Below the pieces are notes generated by a model. The model was not told the origin of the DNA. It worked only from the letters and a program-made list of their open reading frames with translations, and did not search any database. The position numbers and the translations under genes are program-made. Below, one piece after another: positions 35,989-39,079 of a stretch of 39,079 nt of DNA. The stretch spans positions 54,379,077 through 54,418,155 of the forward strand of contig NC_068994.1 of the NCBI RefSeq assembly GCF_001194135.2, in the 5' to 3' direction. Numbering within the stretch: position 1 is the first letter of the stretch; each line of letters opens with the position of its first letter. This DNA is from Octopus bimaculoides (Eukaryota).

Positions 35989-36423
35989 AATGATGATCAA
36001 AAATAAAAAGTAAAAGAAAAGACAGGATAATAACAACAACAACAACAACACCAACAATGGTGTCTGGATGTTTTTGGCTGGAAATGGTGTTGCAACTTTG
36101 AATGGTCTGCCTGTTATTGATTGGACTCTGGTCAGGAGAATTGAACATTGATGTGTTTGTTACTTTTCAATTGAAATGTGTTCCAACAAGAAAGCACCCC
36201 CACCCCCTCCTCTCTTCCCTGCTGTTCTTGCTTCACCTCCATTAGCACACACATGCACACACATATCTATATACATACATACACACACATCATTTGTCAC
36301 ACCTCACTCTAATTCTTACCTAATCATTTACCCCCCCCTCCTTCCTTTCTGCCCCACCTGATACACATGTACCCAGGACAGAGGAGGAATGCTTGACTGT
36401 TTGAGTAAGTTTCCTAATAAGAG

Positions 36424-36840
36424 GGGAGAGAGAGAGAGAGAGAGTTAGGTAGAGAGAAATAGAGAGAGAGCTAGGTAGAGAGAGAGAGAGAGTTAGGTAG
36501 AGAGAAAGAGAGCTAGGTAGAGACAGAGAGAGAGCTAGGTAGAGAGAGAGAGAGGCAGATAGAGAGAAAAACTAGGTAGAGAGAGAAAAGGAGAGAGAGA
36601 TAGAGCGAGTTAAGTAGTGAGAGAGAGAAGCAGAGATAGATGGAGAGAGAAAGTAGGTAGACAAAGGTGATAGAGAAGTAGAGAGATAGAGAGAAAGAGA
36701 GGACAGATAGAGAGAGCTAGGTATAGATAGGAGAGATAAATAGAGAGAGAGGTAGAGGTAGATAGAGAGAAAAAAACCAGGTAGCTAAAGGTGAGAGAGA
36801 GAAAGACAGAGAGGAAAAGAAAGAGAGAGAGAGTGACACA
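36424..36840. repeat. (GA)n-rich purine tract with recurring agagagctaggtagag
   Basis: Direct reading. Confidence 0.92.
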
Positions 36841-37596
36841 GACACAACTAGAAGCTGAAATGAAAAATTTTCCGGAATATTCAATTGAGAGAAGGAATCA
36901 TCATTATTATCAAAACCAAGAATAGAAAATAAAAGAAGAAAAAAAAATGAAGGAAATTTTTGCTGTTTAACATTTCATTCACCCCCCCCCCGCCATCGTC
37001 CCTGCCATTTCTGGAAGCTATCTTGGGTTGGTAGAGTGAGTTTTGTAGCAAATTGTTTTTACAGCTGGATACCTCTCCTTGTGGAGGCCAGTCAACCATG
37101 AGGTGTAAAAATGGCTGAAATCCCGCTTTTGTCAAATCAGGCAAAACTGAAGGAAATAAGACCACTCTAATATGTATGTATGATTGTGTGTGTGTGCGTT
37201 TGTGTGTGTGTGTGTGTGCACGTGTGTGTGTGTTTGTGTGTGTTTTGTGTATTGCGTGTGTTTGTGTGTGTATGTGCATATGTCAGTGTATGGTTGTGAT
37301 AGTGTATTTGTGTGATTGTGAGATTGTGTGCAATTGTGTGCGTGTGTAGTTATATATGTATGCTTCTAGTTGTGTGTGTGTGTGTGTAGTTATGTGTATG
37401 TGTAGTTATGTTTGCATTTGTAGTTATGTATGCATGTCTCTAGTTATGTGTGTGTGTGTGTGTAGTGGCAGGGGATCTTTTTCTAGTTAGACAGTCTCCA
37501 TTCATACAGAATGCTCACCAGAAATTTTGGATGTAACCAGAAGCTCTCCTATTAAAAAATCATCATCGATCATCAATCATCCATTTATCATCATCG

Positions 37597-37649
<53 letters not shown>

Positions 37650-37987
37650 GTCATCGTCAACATCAACGTCGTCATCGTTATCATTATCGGACTATTTGTG
37701 TTTGATTTGGGATTATCTGAATGACTTTAAGCACTGATGCTTCGAATGGCAATTTCTGGATGATTGGCAGAAAAAGAAAAATGTTTTTAATTTGTGTTGT
37801 GAAAAATTCTCGACCATAGATAAATAATATTATTAGTTTAACCATTTTAACATTGAAATTCTAATGAGGGAGAGACTCTATGTGGTGGCCTAGCTTGCTA
37901 GAAATAATAGTTAAATTAGTGAATATACAGAGTGCAGCGGAAAAACGTCCCAGATTCACCATTCTTGATAAACATTTCTTCATAGAA

Positions 37988-38217
37988 TGCACAGACCTGA
38001 CTGTGGTAAGATATTTACTTCCCAAACACATGGTTCTGGGTTCAGTCCCACCATGTGACACCTTGGGCAAGTATTTTGTGCTATAACCTCAGGTCAGCTG
38101 AAGCCTTGTGAGTACATTTGGTAAATGGAAACTGAAAGAAGCCTCATATGCCCAATGCACAGGTGTGGCTGTGTGGTAAGAAGCTTGCTTTCTAATCATG
38201 TGGTTCCAGGTTAAGTT
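37988..38217 (+). mobile_element. Two tandem SINE family B 5' parts, the second interrupted by a family C copy
   Basis: Heads at about 37990 and 38156. Confidence 0.8.
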
Positions 38218-38527
38218 CATCATCATCGTTTAACGTCTGGTTTCCATGATAGCATGGGTTGGACAATTTGACTGAGGACTAGTGGACCAGGTGGCTACAC
38301 CAGGCTCCAATCTGATTTGGCAGAGTTTCTACAGCTGGATGCCCTTCCTAACGCCAACCACTCCGNNNNNNNNNNGTTTCTACAGCTGGATGCCCTTCCT
38401 AACGCCAACCACTCCGAGAGTGTAGTGGGTGCTTTTACGTGCCACTGGCACGAAGGCCAGTCAGGCGGTACTGGCAATGGCCATGCTCGAATTGGTGTAT
38501 TTTATGTGCCACCTGCACAGGAGCCAG
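38218..38527 (-). mobile_element. Retroposon family C spanning a 10-N gap
   Basis: Aligns with 17575-17760 and extends further 5'. Further short or variant C pieces lie near 3066, 4920, 7452, 12260, 12770, 20940, 27560, 34060, 34565 and 37020. Confidence 0.88.
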
Positions 38528-38570
38528 TCCATATATACATACATATATATTTATCTGTTTATTTATAATT

Positions 38571-38719
38571 TATTTGTGGGTTATATGGGTTAACAAGGCT
38601 ACCAATGCTTTCATGTAGAGGTTTTCACAAGTGTTCAAGCATGTCACATGGAAGTCGCTTGAACAATTGTAAAGATTTCTTCACATGAAACCATTAGTAG
38701 ACTTGCTAACCCACAAATG
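38571..38719. repeat. Long imperfect hairpin (54-bp stem, 16-nt loop)
   Basis: 38587-38640 pairs with 38657-38712 with 6 mismatches, 3 G-U pairs and one 2-nt bulge; it extends outward through ttgtggg/cccacaa. Confidence 0.85.
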
Positions 38720-38776
38720 AAGAATATTTATCCACCAATGTGGTGCTGAGCACTCCTTATCACTGTTCAAAATTAG

Positions 38777-38822
<46 letters not shown>

Positions 38823-38900
38823 ATTATGTCTATGCAGATGTAGAATTTTCCACATGTAAGCCATAATTGTTTGTTTTCTTTTGTGTGTGTTTTACAACAG

Positions 38901-38978
38901 GCTATGAACTGGAAACTGCAACATATTGGAATGAACCCCACTGCCGAGAGCTATCTGGTGCTGCATCGATTTGGTTCG
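38901..38978 (+). CDS. NDRG: NDRG-family coding exon: AMNWKLQHIGMNPTAESYLVLHRFGS
   Basis: tttacaacag acceptor and gtaagt donor; 78 bp, phase 0 to 0. YL..H.FG cap-domain motif; the gene continues beyond the window. Confidence 0.93.
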
Positions 38979-39079
38979 GTAAGTGATAAATGGTTGGCTT
39001 TTATTTTCGCAAGGGAGGTTGGACCACATACTTTTTGACTTTGTCGTTCTTCTTCGGTTATTCTTAAAATTTCCATCAT

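Larger units (their letters stand above)
722..38375. other. Assembly gaps at 722-1377, 2489-3019, 8062-8112, 14102-14981, 18445-18454, 19321-19571, 27928-28058, 30508-30585, 34643-34926 and 38366-38375
   Basis: N runs, most of them flanked by microsatellites. Confidence 1.

Noticed and set aside
38325-38416. Exact 41-bp direct duplication
   Set aside because: The two copies flank a 10-N gap, which is typical of unmerged overlapping contig ends.
1-39079. Most ORF-track entries (poly-IY, HT, VC, L, S, I and X runs)
   Set aside because: They are translations of microsatellites, SINEs or N gaps, with no domain-like sequence.

Overview
Eukaryotic genomic DNA from a gapped draft assembly (10 N-runs, about 2.9 kb). 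It is most likely Octopus, inferred from the SINE families and extreme microsatellite density. The only supportable gene is an NDRG-family (ZK1073.1/CG2082-like) catalytically dead alpha/beta-hydrolase on the + strand. Six consecutive GT-AG coding exons (20711-20768, 31816-31933, 32103-32165, 32817-32877, 33628-33714, 38901-38978) splice in frame to 155 aa. I found no upstream coding exon in the first 20 kb, and the 3' exons lie beyond the window. The rest is intronic or intergenic: many copies of three SINE-like families, a decayed DD37D (maT) mariner, hAT-type and fold-back MITEs, minisatellites and microsatellites. Nearly all ORF-track entries are microsatellite translations. The best leads are a minimal hammerhead-ribozyme motif in a Penelope-like fragment, two candidate cryptic exons that keep the NDRG frame only when used together, four long intronic fold-backs (possible ADAR substrates), and two motif-dense minisatellites (ERE-like and CCAAT). 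All coordinates were read by eye and repeat boundaries are approximate.
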